Source of the DNA: Eledone cirrhosa | Taxonomy: Eukaryota | Assembly (NCBI GenBank): GCA_964016885.1 | Contig: OZ024740.1 | Location: 401,078,001 to 401,142,000, forward strand | Direction: 5' to 3' | Length of the DNA stretch: 64,000 nucleotides | In this document: positions 27,079-41,956 of the stretch, piece after piece | How the letters are laid out: each line of letters starts with the position of its first letter | How positions within the stretch are numbered: the stretch's first letter is position 1 | The notes under the pieces: model-generated | The model's input: the letters and a program-made list of their open reading frames with translations, nothing else | Databases searched by the model: none | What the model was told of the DNA's origin: nothing | Program-made: the position numbers and the translations under genes

Positions 27079-29163
27079 GTATATATATATACAGAGAGAG
27101 TGTGAATAAAGTGAGAGAAGGCATAAGTATATAATCCATACATATAATCCATCTATGTATGCGGACATGCATACGCACATACATACATATATACATATAT
27201 ATGCATACACATGTTTATGTATATGTATATATGATCTTATTCATAAGTAATTTAATATAAAATAACACTTTAATTCTGCGAATTCATTTACATGCATTTT
27301 TAATTGTATTTCATATTCAATTGATATTTTCCACAACATGCAGATTCTTCTTCTTTTAATAGCAAAATCAACAGCAAAGCCGTTAAAAAATTATAAATAA
27401 TTATATACAAACAATAACAACACTGAAATGAATACATAAATTAAATGGTAATTTAAATACCACCAAATAAAATAATAGCGCGAAAACTTTAAAGATTTTA
27501 AAAAATGATTTAATTAATCAATTGAGAATTGAAATTTATCCAATTTTCCGACTATATTTGTGTTTATTTATTTTTTTAATTTTGTTTCTCCATTACGCAT
27601 TCACACTGGCACGCACCGACACATATATGCCTGCTTTCCTTTCGTTAGAAAAGACGTTAAGGATATTGCTAATGAATTCTTTTGTTTATCTGAGAAAATT
27701 CCTCAATGGTTATAAAAGAAAATGAAAAAAGAAATTGCTGTAGGTGATTAGAAATTATTGATTTATTTTGTTGAAAAAAAATAAAAATGATAAGAAAATA
27801 ATGCTTAAATGTTATAAATAAAACAAACATAATCTAAATAATCTAAAGAAGAAAACGTAAAAAAATTACTATTTAAAAATCCAAAAGAGAAAAAGTAAAA
27901 CAAAAGAATATTTTCACTCATTACATTCCCTCTAATTACGCTAATTACTATGAACTGATGTCGCTTTTGTATCCAAACTTTGATACTGTGACTTCGCGGA
28001 ATTTGCATTTGTGATGATAAATTCATTTTGTTATCATTATTCAAATTGCGTTTATTTTTTGATAATGACATCTTTGAAATCTGTAATGTTTGTTGTCATT
28101 TTTTATTAATTATTTCTGTTTTTTTTTGTTTGGTTTTGTTGTTATTCTTCTTTTATTTCTTTATTTTTGTGTTTTTCTAAACAAAATATTGTGTGAATCT
28201 AAGCGAAGAACGGCAAACCAGATATGAGGACACTTTTAACAGAGAAAACAATCGTAGATAAATCCTTCTACTACATAATATTACTTGTGGTATATCGAGT
28301 TGACATAGATGACTACTTGTTAGGAATAGCAGCCTAATACTCCTCAAATAACACCCAAATATTTTTTGAATAGGAAATACACACCGGAAAAGTATAGACC
28401 TGAATACACCAAAAAAGATGTTGGGCACAGTTGGAACGCTTTCGATTAAACGTCTACTCGATTAGAATTGACCTGGAGTTAAAAACAAGGACAAAAACAA
28501 CAATAGTAATAGCAAGTGTTTATATAATAACATACAGTTTTGTTGTTGTTCTTGCTTAGACCACGTCCCGACGTAACTGACCTATTTAAGGGTTTTCTAG
28601 TCATCACTACCCTACACTATTTTCAGTCAGTATATCCAGGACTACGATAAGAAATGTGGTCTTCCATTTTTAGTTTGTTGTAGACTGAGTGACTACACCT
28701 CCTTATCTCGAACCCATTTCCCCACAGAAAACTATAGACTTGTGTGGATGTGTTAAACAAATACATGCCGTCCCAGGTAAATGGAACAATTGACTCAATT
28801 CCTAGCATGAATAAACTGATGAGAATGATGCATGAGTAGCTTTGTTTTGTCCCGCTTCATCCTGTGTTCAAATTACGCTGGAAGCAAAATGTTTTTCGCG
28901 GGTCCCGGATTGTAATAATTATTCGTCTATAATTTCTATCCATTTCTTTTATCTTTGTGATGAAAAATGAAGATCATTTAAATTATGCGCATAAATACCA
29001 GGACGACGCAGCCCAAAACATACATACACTTTCTCACTTTCTGATAAAATGCTTCAGCACATCTCTTCTCTCCCATCTCTATATTTTTGTTCCACTCCTT
29101 ATATGATTTGGTTGCGAAATAAACCCAATCATGCACATACAAAACCTGTCCACACATAAAATA

Positions 29164-29226
<63 letters not shown>

Positions 29227-29354
29227 TTATTAAAATAACAGATTAAAGTTTAAGCAAAGAATCGCTCCTTATCGAGCCCTCTTTGGATTTTAGTCTTCAA
29301 ATTTATTATTATTACTATATATATATATATATATAGTAATAATAATAAATTTGA

Positions 29355-29360
<6 letters not shown>
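29227..29360. mobile_element. Rearranged family A fragments, including a perfect 70 bp palindrome (29291-29360)
   Basis: Pieces match 47800-47840 and 48337-48387. Confidence 0.8.
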
Positions 29361-29402
<42 letters not shown>

Positions 29403-29417
29403 GTTTTAATATAGATG

Positions 29418-29468
29418 AGATTCTACAGGACTAGAACTGTTTCATTCATTTGAAATCATCAGGAATCT
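29418..29468 (-). ncRNA. Type I hammerhead
   Basis: AGATTC-CTGATGA-T-TTC(aaat)GAA-T-GAA-ACAG(ttctagtc)CTGT-A-GAATCT; TATAAA 25 nt upstream. Confidence 0.8.
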
Positions 29469-29934
29469 GGGTATCAAAAAATAAATATGGCATTTATAGG
29501 TCTCTACAAGTGGTAGGAGAGGGTGGGGAGTGGGATGGGTGCAGGTCATTGGTTGATAGAAAAGGGAATTCATTAAAAGCTAATTCTACAAAGCTATAGT
29601 TTATTTTTATTTTTATTTTTATTTATTTATGTTTTTAGAGTAACAAGGGCAGACAGAATTCTATAAACAGGTTCCGGATGGCCTACCATTCCTTGTCAAT
29701 AAGTTTCTCTTAAGCTAACAGGTGTCTATAAAATCAGTGGGGGGTCAGTCGTAGTCGATAGAATTAAAGAAAAGGGAGATTCTTTAAAAGCTAAAGTCAT
29801 TAAGGTTCTACTAAGTGACAAAGGTCTAGAGAATTCTGCAGACAGATTCAAAATACTGAGTGCATATCTTACTATTATCTTCGAACTTCTCTTAAACTAA
29901 TCAACTATATGCCAAAAATCAACAGACACATTCA

Positions 29935-32400
<2,466 letters not shown>

Positions 32401-32574
32401 AATAGGTACTCAATAAATATACGCATATACGCAGGCACATAAAGACACCTCTACAGGCAGAAAATGTAGATACGAAAGAGGTACTCACAATACCATAGTG
32501 GCCGTATTTCAGGTTGAGGAGGGGTGGGGGTAGGGTGGGGAGGAGGTATAGGGGCCAATAGGGGGAGGTCGTTT

Positions 32575-33812
32575 TTAGCCATCGGGCTTTAACACTGGCT
32601 TAAAGTGTTTGAATGTTGCAAAGTTCTTGTGCATGCAGTTCGGGCAGTGTTCAGAGAGTTTGTTCAGTAGCGGGCCCTTGGCGAATAAAATTTCGTAGCT
32701 CTCTGAAATACAAAGGTCGCAGCCCTTGTGTCCTCCGTTGTATGAGCGCGCTTTCTGGAGTATTTTCCAATTAAGCGTGAAGGGGGTGGAGTTCCTTTTG
32801 AGGTCCCAAACGTAGGAGGCGAGTGTTGTCTGATTTGATTTATCCGGTCTTCTGAAGGAGTGGGTATGGGCATACCAACGGGTCTTAAAGTTGTTGGAGG
32901 TCATGCCGATGTAAGTTTTTTTGCAATCCTCGGTGCCTGAGATGACATCGCATTTGTATACGATGTCATTTGTGAGGCATTTGTTTTCAAGTGGGCATGC
33001 TTCCTTATTTAGGCAATTACATAGAGCCCCAGTCCGGGGATTGGTTTCGGAGGTGGTTGGCTTATTTAGTTTAGAATTGTGGTTGGCTATATTCCTAGCT
33101 AGGTTAGGTGTGGTGGAGTAAGACAGTCTTATAGTGTTCTTATTAAAGATGGTGTAGTACCGATGTTGTATGGGGAAGTGTAATTTCAGTAAAGTGAAGA
33201 AAATCCTAGCTATCGGAGTAGATACCTCTCTATTGAAGGGAGGGTTGTACCAGCTAATCTGCCTATGTCTATTCCTCCTCTGCAATCTTGCGGTGGTTTC
33301 TAGGTAAGTTATCTTATCTTTAAATCCGCTACGGGCTAGGGCGTCATTGTAGTAGGAGGCAGATGCATTAAAAATATCTTTGTTGGCGGAGAGGCCAGAT
33401 ATTCTAATAGAGACGCTTTTTACTAGGTTATCAGTGATGTTTTGGGGGTGGTTAGAATTAACATTAATATATTTAAGGGACTCGTTAGGTTTGTGGTACG
33501 GGTAATAGAGGGAAGTATCTAGGTCGAGAGTGACATCTAAGAAGTTGGCCCTAGTCAAATTAGAATCTATAGTTATACTAAATCCTAGATTAGAGAAGAA
33601 AGAGCTTAAGTTTTTCCGAAACCCATCGGTGGTTCTGGGGCTAACCTTATGCAGGGCGAAGAGGCCGTCGTCTCGGTATAAACCTCCAGTTAGGCCGGTA
33701 AAGAGGTTCTTCAGGTTATGTAGGATGTACAGGCCCACAAGGTCGCTAATTTCAGCCGAGTCACTCGCCCCCATGCTAACGTCAAATGGGGTCTGAGATT
33801 TCTTGTTGATTT
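32575..33812 (-). CDS. 5'-truncated Penelope-like (Naiad-type) RT plus GIY-YIG endonuclease ORF, uninterrupted
   Basis: [60 protein letters not shown]...LN..E..C.H; the 5' end abuts (TA)n. Confidence 0.92.
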
Positions 33813-34023
33813 CTATATGTATATATATATATATATATATACATATATATATACATAATATATTTAGAAACACACAGATACATGCGGACACACACATATA
33901 CATGAATGCATCCACATCCAACTGTGAGTCAATGGTGCCAACCCTACCGATGTTGCTCAATGAATGACTGGGACAGACCAATCCGGTTGAACCAGACTGA
34001 ACCAGTATCAGAGTTAAAAATAC

Positions 34024-34382
34024 ATTATGAAGAGAGAAGGAACATTTAGATATAATTAGTAATAAAATGTATCATACCCCCTCCGCCTCCGTGGTATTTT
34101 CTTCGGGGTTATAAGAGGCTTAGCTCTGTTTCTCGACCGTTATATCGCGTGACTATCTCCCCCTCCGCCTTTTGGGATTCTCTCTCACGTCGTGTAGACG
34201 CGTTCTTGAAGCTATAAAATGAGGTATCCTCTTGATAAGTCGGGAGACCTCGCAAAGGCCCTATATCTTTATGATGTACTGATTTTGTTTATGCCACGAA
34301 ACTACGTAGTCGAGGAATCTAGGAGCAGTTTAGGTATGATACATTTTATTACTAATTATATCTAAATGTTCCTTCTCTCTTC

Positions 34383-34387
<5 letters not shown>
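34024..34387 (+). mobile_element. Fold-back element with perfect 55 bp arms (34024-34078 / 34333-34387)
   Basis: Exact inverted repeat; internal TATAAA (34213) and HHR. Confidence 0.85.
34227..34316 (+). ncRNA. Hammerhead with U3-A8 core (UUGAUAA) and long stem II
   Basis: TCCTC-TTGATAA-GT(c)GG...CCAC-GAA-ACTACGTAGT-C-GAGGA. Confidence 0.75.
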
Positions 34388-34424
<37 letters not shown>

Positions 34425-34525
34425 ATAGTAGAACACTGGAGAGATATATCCGTAGTAGTAGAGAACTCAAGCTGAGGATCCGCATTTGTTCTTGGTATGG
34501 TGAACTAACTGTTATGGAACTACTT

Positions 34526-34582
<57 letters not shown>

Positions 34583-34859
34583 TAATGATCTGAAATAACG
34601 TGATACGTAGAATATTTTTTATATTGGAATATATTCGAGACTTTTATGTATGATAAGCATCCATTTTGGCCTAGCTATGAATTTTCCCTGCTCATATCAC
34701 CACAATTATTAACAACAAATGTAGAGCACCATTTTTGTAATTTTGTCCGTCTTTCGAAGGGATAACGTGTTTGCTATAAAGACAAAATAAGCTGAAAACG
34801 TATCGTATCTGTCTCGTGAACATCAGATGATGATGTTTACTTGTATATAGAGAAAATGT

Positions 34860-35115
34860 TGAGGCGTATTAAGTGTTATACATTAGATGCTTTTGACACT
34901 AATTGCCTTGGAAAAATCCTTGGCTTCAGGTGGGATGACATCATCACCAACAAAGACATCGGTCGAGGAAGAACCCACCAACTACGTGTGACTAACATTA
35001 TCTACAGGCGTCTACTTTGTTTGTTGAGAAAGGTCAGACGACTCCCAAGTGAGAGACATGCTAATCAGGTCTTGTATTTGCGCCCCCATGGAAAGATTTG
35101 AAAAGGACGTCCACA
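34860..35115 (+). mobile_element. RTE LINE 3' relic
   Basis: LDAFDTNCLGKILGFRWDDIITN... Confidence 0.65.
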
Positions 35116-35148
35116 TGTTTAGTAGGTATTCTCCTCATATATATATAT

Positions 35149-35297
35149 AGGAAAATAATCAGGACCCCAACGGCTGAGCTCCGGCCGCTCGACAGCTAGA
35201 TCCGAAGTAATCCAGTAGTATTAGGACGGCGAGAATCTATCTGAGCTTATCAAGAGGTACAGTCTATATATGGACATGCAGTCAAAACCAAAAACAA
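35149..35297 (-). mobile_element. Family B element carrying a complete but decayed U3-A8 hammerhead (35164-35258)
   Basis: TATATA..ACCTC-TTGATAA-G..CAG.TAGATT...GATCTA.CTG.C-GAGC(GAAAC in sibling copies)-GGC..GCC-GTT-GGGGT. Confidence 0.7.
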
Positions 35298-35936
35298 TAT
35301 ATATATATATATACTACTCGATGCTTTGGTATCTCAATCGGAAGGACGAATATAAGCTGTTTTGAGTACAATTTATTTCATGTGAAACATATTGCATTCA
35401 TCCTTGCCACGTAAATTAGGTCCATCTCGATCCTTTACTGGAATTTGATGACTGTCGCGAGAAAAAATGTGATTTTAAACGAAAGTATGGACAGAGATAG
35501 GAAACAGTAAAATCATATGAATCTCATTGACAAGGGAAGAATTGTTTCTCTTTACCCTTTAACAACAGCCCCAAATTTAAGAGTAATATGAAAACACACC
35601 ATCTTACAGACATGCTAATTTAATTATGTCAAATTAAACAGATTATCATATATTGTGGTGCGAACTTGTTCAAATGTACACACACACGCTCCGACACCCG
35701 TTTGCTAGGCTATTCAAAATTGCAAGCATATGAGCGGTCAACCACAGATATACACATATACAAGCATGAATCCATGTACACGTGTGCGCGCTTACTAACA
35801 TATATATATATGAGTGAAGACTTTCACACGCGCCTCCTTGTACACATATGCATGCATACATATCTGTTTGTCAATGCACTTACACATTCATTCACAGACA
35901 TAAATCAAACTGTTGAAACATAGACCCACGCGTGTG

Positions 35937-35994
<58 letters not shown>

Positions 35995-36201
35995 CGTATC
36001 AGATTCTGATTTCAAATAAGTAAGAGGAGGATTAATTTATTTTTCATTCCTCAAGTTATCATCAATAATCATGCGTCAGTTACTCTATTCTGGTGAGAAA
36101 ATTAGAAAATTGACCTTGCATTGATTTTATGGTTAGGTTAATAGTCATATATCAACTGATGTAGGTAAATCCATATATATTTATACATGAGTTCTTATTT
36201 T

Positions 36202-36262
<61 letters not shown>

Positions 36263-36263
<1 letters not shown>

Positions 36264-36457
36264 GTACGTTATTCCGGGTTGAATCGGAGGTAACCACAGT
36301 AAGTAAGGTACTCAATACATAGCAGAGTATAACAGTTTTAATATAGATGAGATTCTACAGGACTAGAACTGTTTCATTCATAAGAAATCATCAGGAGATT
36401 CCTGATGATTTCTTATGAATGAAACAGTTCTAGTCCTGTAGAATCTCATCTATATTA

Positions 36458-36460
<3 letters not shown>
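36263..36460 (-). mobile_element. Mini fold-back element with perfect 60 bp arms (36336-36395 / 36401-36460), 5-nt loop, in (TA)n
   Basis: Exact palindrome; same family as 29402-29468; GTATTGAGTAC in the tail. Confidence 0.9.
36395..36447 (+). ncRNA. Type I hammerhead
   Basis: GAGATTC-CTGATGA-T-TTC(ttat)GAA-T-GAA-ACAG..CTGT-A-GAATCTC. Confidence 0.8.
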
Positions 36461-36504
<44 letters not shown>

Positions 36505-36511
36505 ATATGTT

Positions 36512-36560
<49 letters not shown>

Positions 36561-37777
36561 GTGTATACACACAAGTACCCTCCCTCAAATATATATATGT
36601 GTATATGAATGTAAATATATGTATGTATATTAAATAATACATACGATTTAAAGTGACATTTAGTTATGCCCAAGGAGACGAAGTATAACCTAGAAGTTAA
36701 TCTATACGGCTCCATGGCAACAAGCTGAATTAAACAATTTTGATTGAATGTCTTTACTTAGTTATGACTAATTGATTTTTTCGCCGGTGGTAACATTTTG
36801 ATGATATTTAATAGAAATTTCAGGCTGAAAAGATTTGGGGTTCCTAGCTTCCAAGGAAGCTTCATGCTGGGAATAAATCTAGATAGAGCTTATTTAGCTA
36901 TTTTCTCTACTGCTGCTGGTTCAGGGATCACTTCAGACGAATAACTCAAAGCTCTATTTAACTGTGGCAGCTAATCTTCGTTAGAAAATCCTACATTTCT
37001 TGATTATTTTTTAAAATAACCTTCTTCACCGTTGATTTGTTTGCATTATGGCATTTAGATACTGCGTATACAAGCATGTTAAATTTACGGTTTTTCTTCT
37101 AATCCACTAAAGTTTTGTTTAATTACACAAAAATGAAAAAATACATAAATATTTCTTAAATTTTCATGAGATTGCTTAAAACCTTACGTTTATACGCATG
37201 CTTGTGCGATTATATATAATATACGATGTGATTGCTGAGCTCCAAATTAATTCTGATCAAATGGACCTAAGTTCAAACGCAATCCAGTCATAGTGATCCT
37301 ATTTTCATTGAGAAATATGGTTTGAGGTGATTTAAGCTGTTATTTCTAACGAGTAGGGCTACGTTTTACAGGTTCACGTGAGTGAGCATACAGAGATTCT
37401 TACATAAAGATTTCATTGGGAAACATTCGTAGCAACAACTCACTATATAAAAAGGGAAGAGAACAGGTTGTCAACTGAAACTCATATCAGTTGACAATAT
37501 AACTGAATGACGAACTTGTACTCCAATCAGTAGTATTTGATAAGGAAACATATTAAATGCGCAGTCTCACCGTTCTTAATGCAACATCCATTATTGTCTT
37601 CTCGCGGTAATTAATGCTATCATATATGTGTGAATTAACGTTTTGAACCTCTAAATGCAGCATTTCTTGCGAGAATGGTCGACAGAAAAATAGTGTTAAG
37701 TATATGAGATCCACTCTTTGGTTTCTGCATAAATCAGTTTTACTATAAATGTATCACTCACCAGCACATTCTCTTAT

Positions 37778-37828
<51 letters not shown>

Positions 37829-37832
<4 letters not shown>

Positions 37833-37900
37833 AAGTTGGACACTAAGTATTGAGTACTCTTGTGCGTTATGGTCCATCTGGTTCCTTGCACATTTCTTTG

Positions 37901-37903
<3 letters not shown>
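37829..37903 (+). mobile_element. Family B 3' tail fragment in (TA)n
   Basis: AAGTATTGAGTACTCT.GTGCGTTATGGTCCATCTGGTTCC matches 40450-40510 and the reverse complement of 62957-63015. Confidence 0.8.
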
Positions 37904-37948
<45 letters not shown>

Positions 37949-37954
37949 ATAATA

Positions 37955-38129
37955 AAGAATTGGAACCCGACGGCTGAGCTCTTGCAGTTTCAACAGCTAT
38001 TTCTGGCTGTTGAAACGGCAAGACAGCAGCCGTCGTGACCCGACACTTTATTATATATCCATACTCTAGTATCCCCAGTTTCGAGTACTCTGTTGCGTAA
38101 TGGTCGAACTAGTTATAAAGTGATTCAAT

Positions 38130-38133
<4 letters not shown>
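37955..38133 (+). mobile_element. Family B-related mini fold-back element
   Basis: Inverted CGACGGCTG..TTTCAACAGC / GCTGTTGAAA..CAGCCGTCG, followed by a GAGTACTC tail. Confidence 0.7.
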
Positions 38134-38175
<42 letters not shown>

Positions 38176-38180
<5 letters not shown>

Positions 38181-39900
38181 CAAAGTTATGTTCAAATCAT
38201 TTAATTGCTGCCAATCGTTTCTTCCAAACTTTCGTTTGGCGTCATCGGAGCATTATCAATGTTTAAACATATAATTAACCTCCTATTCAACTGAACAGTC
38301 ATATAGATACATATATATTGATGTTGTGAACAATAGTTTCGTATTTACAGGGTGTAATGGATGCGACATATATTATACGGGAATTGTTTTAATAATTAAA
38401 ATTAAAATTAAATTTAAACCTAGCTGCTAGTATATAACAATATCAGATTTGAATTCCTCACCACCATTAACACTTAACCTCTAGCACTTATTATCCCCCA
38501 CAGCATCACACTCTTTTATCATCTCTTTCCTCTACACAACTCCTATTATCTCAAACTTTATACTCTACAATAACTATTAGAAATAAACATAAAGCTACCA
38601 CCTTTTAATATAACTACTATAGCTTACTTATAATATATACAGTAATGTATATATAATATGTAGAGACATTTAATGTAATATATGATAATATATTATATAT
38701 ACATTTATAATTAAATATATAAACTAATAGCATTGTATATAAAGGATTAACTTTTAACACAATATAATGTATATTATTAACACAAGGGATTTAACTAATT
38801 GGACATGTAAACAGCTATACACTTTTCCATAACTTATATCTTGTCCAGTAATGGATAGATAACAATCTAATGTGACCTTTAATGTATTATAGGAAAATAG
38901 ACTGTATTTAAAATTAAATATAAATAGATAACATTATGTAAAAGGGATGCACTTGTAACACAATATAATATGTATTAGAGCAAAGAATTTAAATAATTGC
39001 TACTTTCCTATATAATCTAATTTAATTTAATGAGCTAGTTACCTCCCCTTAAGCATTAGCTCCCCTTAATTTTGGATCTCATACCCACTTCCGGAAATTA
39101 AACCGTTAGAAAAACTCGCTGTAGAACAACTCTAATCCATGAATAAGAATACAATATGACCAATTTACAATCCATTGCAGTAACTAACTAAGAACTTTCA
39201 ATACAAACATTAACTAAAATATGATTTAACATATGTAATGGAAAAGAAAACAATAACTTTGATATTCTCAACACATACAAATTTGAACACTACAGAAGCT
39301 ATCATCACATTACATCCAGAATAATTTTAATACACTAACATATTTGCTTAATATGCTTGTATTTTATGTAATACCTTTGCCATACAGTATTTATATATGC
39401 CTAATACCTTTGCTTGTTTCCTTCTCATATATATGACTAACTCATGTGCACTTTCTACACGCTACCATATGTACTGCTAGTGTCGTCATTCTTTCTCAAT
39501 GCTTCTTTAATTATTAGACTATTCTCTTGTATTATCTGTCGCATATATTCCACTCTGTGCTTTAAATTTGAATTTGAATTATTGTACAATTCTCGTATAA
39601 TATATGTCGCATCGATTACACCCTGTAAATACGAACTGTTGATCACAACATCAATATATATGTATCTATATGATTGTTCAATTGAATAGGAGGTTAATTA
39701 TATGTACAAACATTGATAATGCTCTGATGCATTCAAACGAAAATTTGGAAGAAACGATTGTCAAATATTAAATGATTTGAACATAACTTTGATAATTGTG
39801 TAATTTATATTCCTGCTCTGTAAAATACCTGATGTTCTTACATTGAGCTATTTCTCTTACTGGTGATAAGGTATTAATAATTTACTGAACTTTCCTGTTT
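38176..39900 (+). mobile_element. Older fold-back element with ~210 bp arms (38176-38387 / 39586-39796), 1.2 kb AT-rich spacer and decayed HHR in both arms
   Basis: Diverged inverted arms; HHR-like motifs at 38206-38252(-) and 39720-39766(+). Confidence 0.8.
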
Positions 39901-39913
39901 ATAGTTGTTTATA

Positions 39914-40097
39914 GTGGCAGTATCGGTAGAGGGTCGGATGCCATGCTTTCCAGCATATTTACGTCCCTTTACGATCTGAGTTCAAATCCCGCCGAGGTTG
40001 ACTCTTTGCCTTTCATTCTTACGAGGTCGATAAAATAAAGTACCAGTAATGCACTGGGTAATTGATGGCCTTGTGCCTAAAGTAGAAACAATTATTA
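39914..40097 (+). mobile_element. SINE family 1
   Basis: Match to 11512-11690. Confidence 0.85.
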
Positions 40098-40350
40098 TTA
40101 TATATATATATATATATATATGTATATTATATATATATATTAACACGCACACACGCACACAAAGAATTGAGGTAGACTTGAAGATAATTAGTGTTACAAA
40201 GATAAATTGATGTATTATCGTTTTATTTATTACGCTAATAATAGAAATATTTTACCGTTAATTAAGGACTAATGGTATATTGTCGAAAATAAAATATATT
40301 TGAATTTATTGATATTTTTGGTTGACAATCACTAAGCCTATACATACATA

Positions 40351-40510
40351 GGAAAAGAATCAGGACCACGACAGCTGAGCTCCGGCCGTTTCGACAGTTA
40401 GATCCGAACGGAGTGCTGTCTCTTTTCCTATTATTCACTCTACTACCCCAAGTATTGAGTACTCTGGTGCGTTATGGTCCACCTGATATCTAACCACAAC
40501 CTCTTTGTTA
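40351..40510 (+). mobile_element. Family B element (inverted HHR half plus tail)
   Basis: 5' part matches 35149-35206; the tail carries GTATTGAGTAC. Confidence 0.75.
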
Positions 40511-41295
40511 AATATATATATATACATATATATATTTAAGTGGAGTGTTACACACTCCCAATTCTCTCCCTTATATATATATACATATATATATATTGTT
40601 AGCAGTTTCCAAACAAACTTATATATATATATAAGGAAAAAATATGAAATCGAAAATGCAACTGGAGTCTTTTTTATAAAAATATATATTTATTTGGTTC
40701 CTTATATATATATACATATATATATAAACAAATAACGAAACGAAATTAAATTTCGTTTCGCTTCTAACTCACTTTTGTATGACTGACGCTTAAACAATTA
40801 AGTTAAAAGTGTACATCTAGATATGTATACTGAAATACTAGTACGCATATAAATACACACATGTATACATATGTACATGTACTGAGTTTTTCACTGGACA
40901 CTTTACTGTGAGTGTCCAGCTAGTTTGTATGTAACCAAACAGACAAACCGGGTTTTAGAGTCATACGGGTTTTCAAGGAAACACATTTGCTCTATTCTCC
41001 AGAGAGCCAGACAGGAATATTGGACTAGTTTCGATGTTATTACATCTCATCAGCAATATATACCCATCTTCCGGCTTCTCTAGAGAATCGTATAAGCACA
41101 TATCGCTATATGCTTTTTCTATGAAAATTAGTAGTGGGCAGACTAATTTGCATAGAACGTGAGTCATTGTACGCACCGGTTCAGCGGAAACGATAAAAAC
41201 AAATAACGAAACGAAATTAAGTACATATGTATACATGTGTGTATTTATATGCATACTAGTATTTCAGTATACATATGTAGATGTACACTTTTAAC

Positions 41296-41326
<31 letters not shown>

Positions 41327-41399
41327 AGGAACCAAATAAATATATATTTTTAATCAAAAGATTCCAGTTACAATATTTCCTCTCATTTGTTCATCCAAT

Positions 41400-41441
<42 letters not shown>

Positions 41442-41479
41442 CAATATATTAATAAATGGAAACTATATTTATAAAACCA

Positions 41480-41595
41480 CATTTATTTTATTACATATTT
41501 ATAGATATTTATTTTATTATACATATTTATACATATTTATTTTATTATACATATTTATACATATTTATTTTATTATACATATTTATACATATTTC
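41480..41595. repeat. ~28 bp AT-rich tandem repeat, about 4 copies
   Basis: TATTTATTTTATTATACATATTTATACA units. Confidence 0.85.
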
Positions 41596-41724
41596 AAGGG
41601 CAACCAAGGCAAATTATGGTGCGCTTTCATTAGGTAAAATACAGATTTGTTTTATAAATAAATATTGACATACCCGGAAAAAAAGACAACCTTAACGTTT
41701 GTAGATGGAGAGTAGATTTTGCAG

Positions 41725-41790
<66 letters not shown>

Positions 41791-41842
41791 TAATTTTCTG
41801 CAAAATCTACTCTCCATCTTTTAAAAATAACTCTTCTGCTGA

Positions 41843-41956
41843 CTTCAAATCCCGCCGAGGTTAACTTTGCCTTTCATCCTTACGGGGTCGATAAAATAAA
41901 GTACCAGTAATGTATTGGGTATTTGCTGGCCTTGTGCCAAAAGTAGAAACGATTAT
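41843..41956 (+). mobile_element. SINE family 1, 5'-truncated
   Basis: Match to the 3' part of 11512-11690. Confidence 0.85.

Noticed and set aside
32575-33812. Selenocysteine recoding, reported for some Naiad PLEs
   Set aside because: There is no in-frame TGA in either PLE fragment, so no basis for it here.
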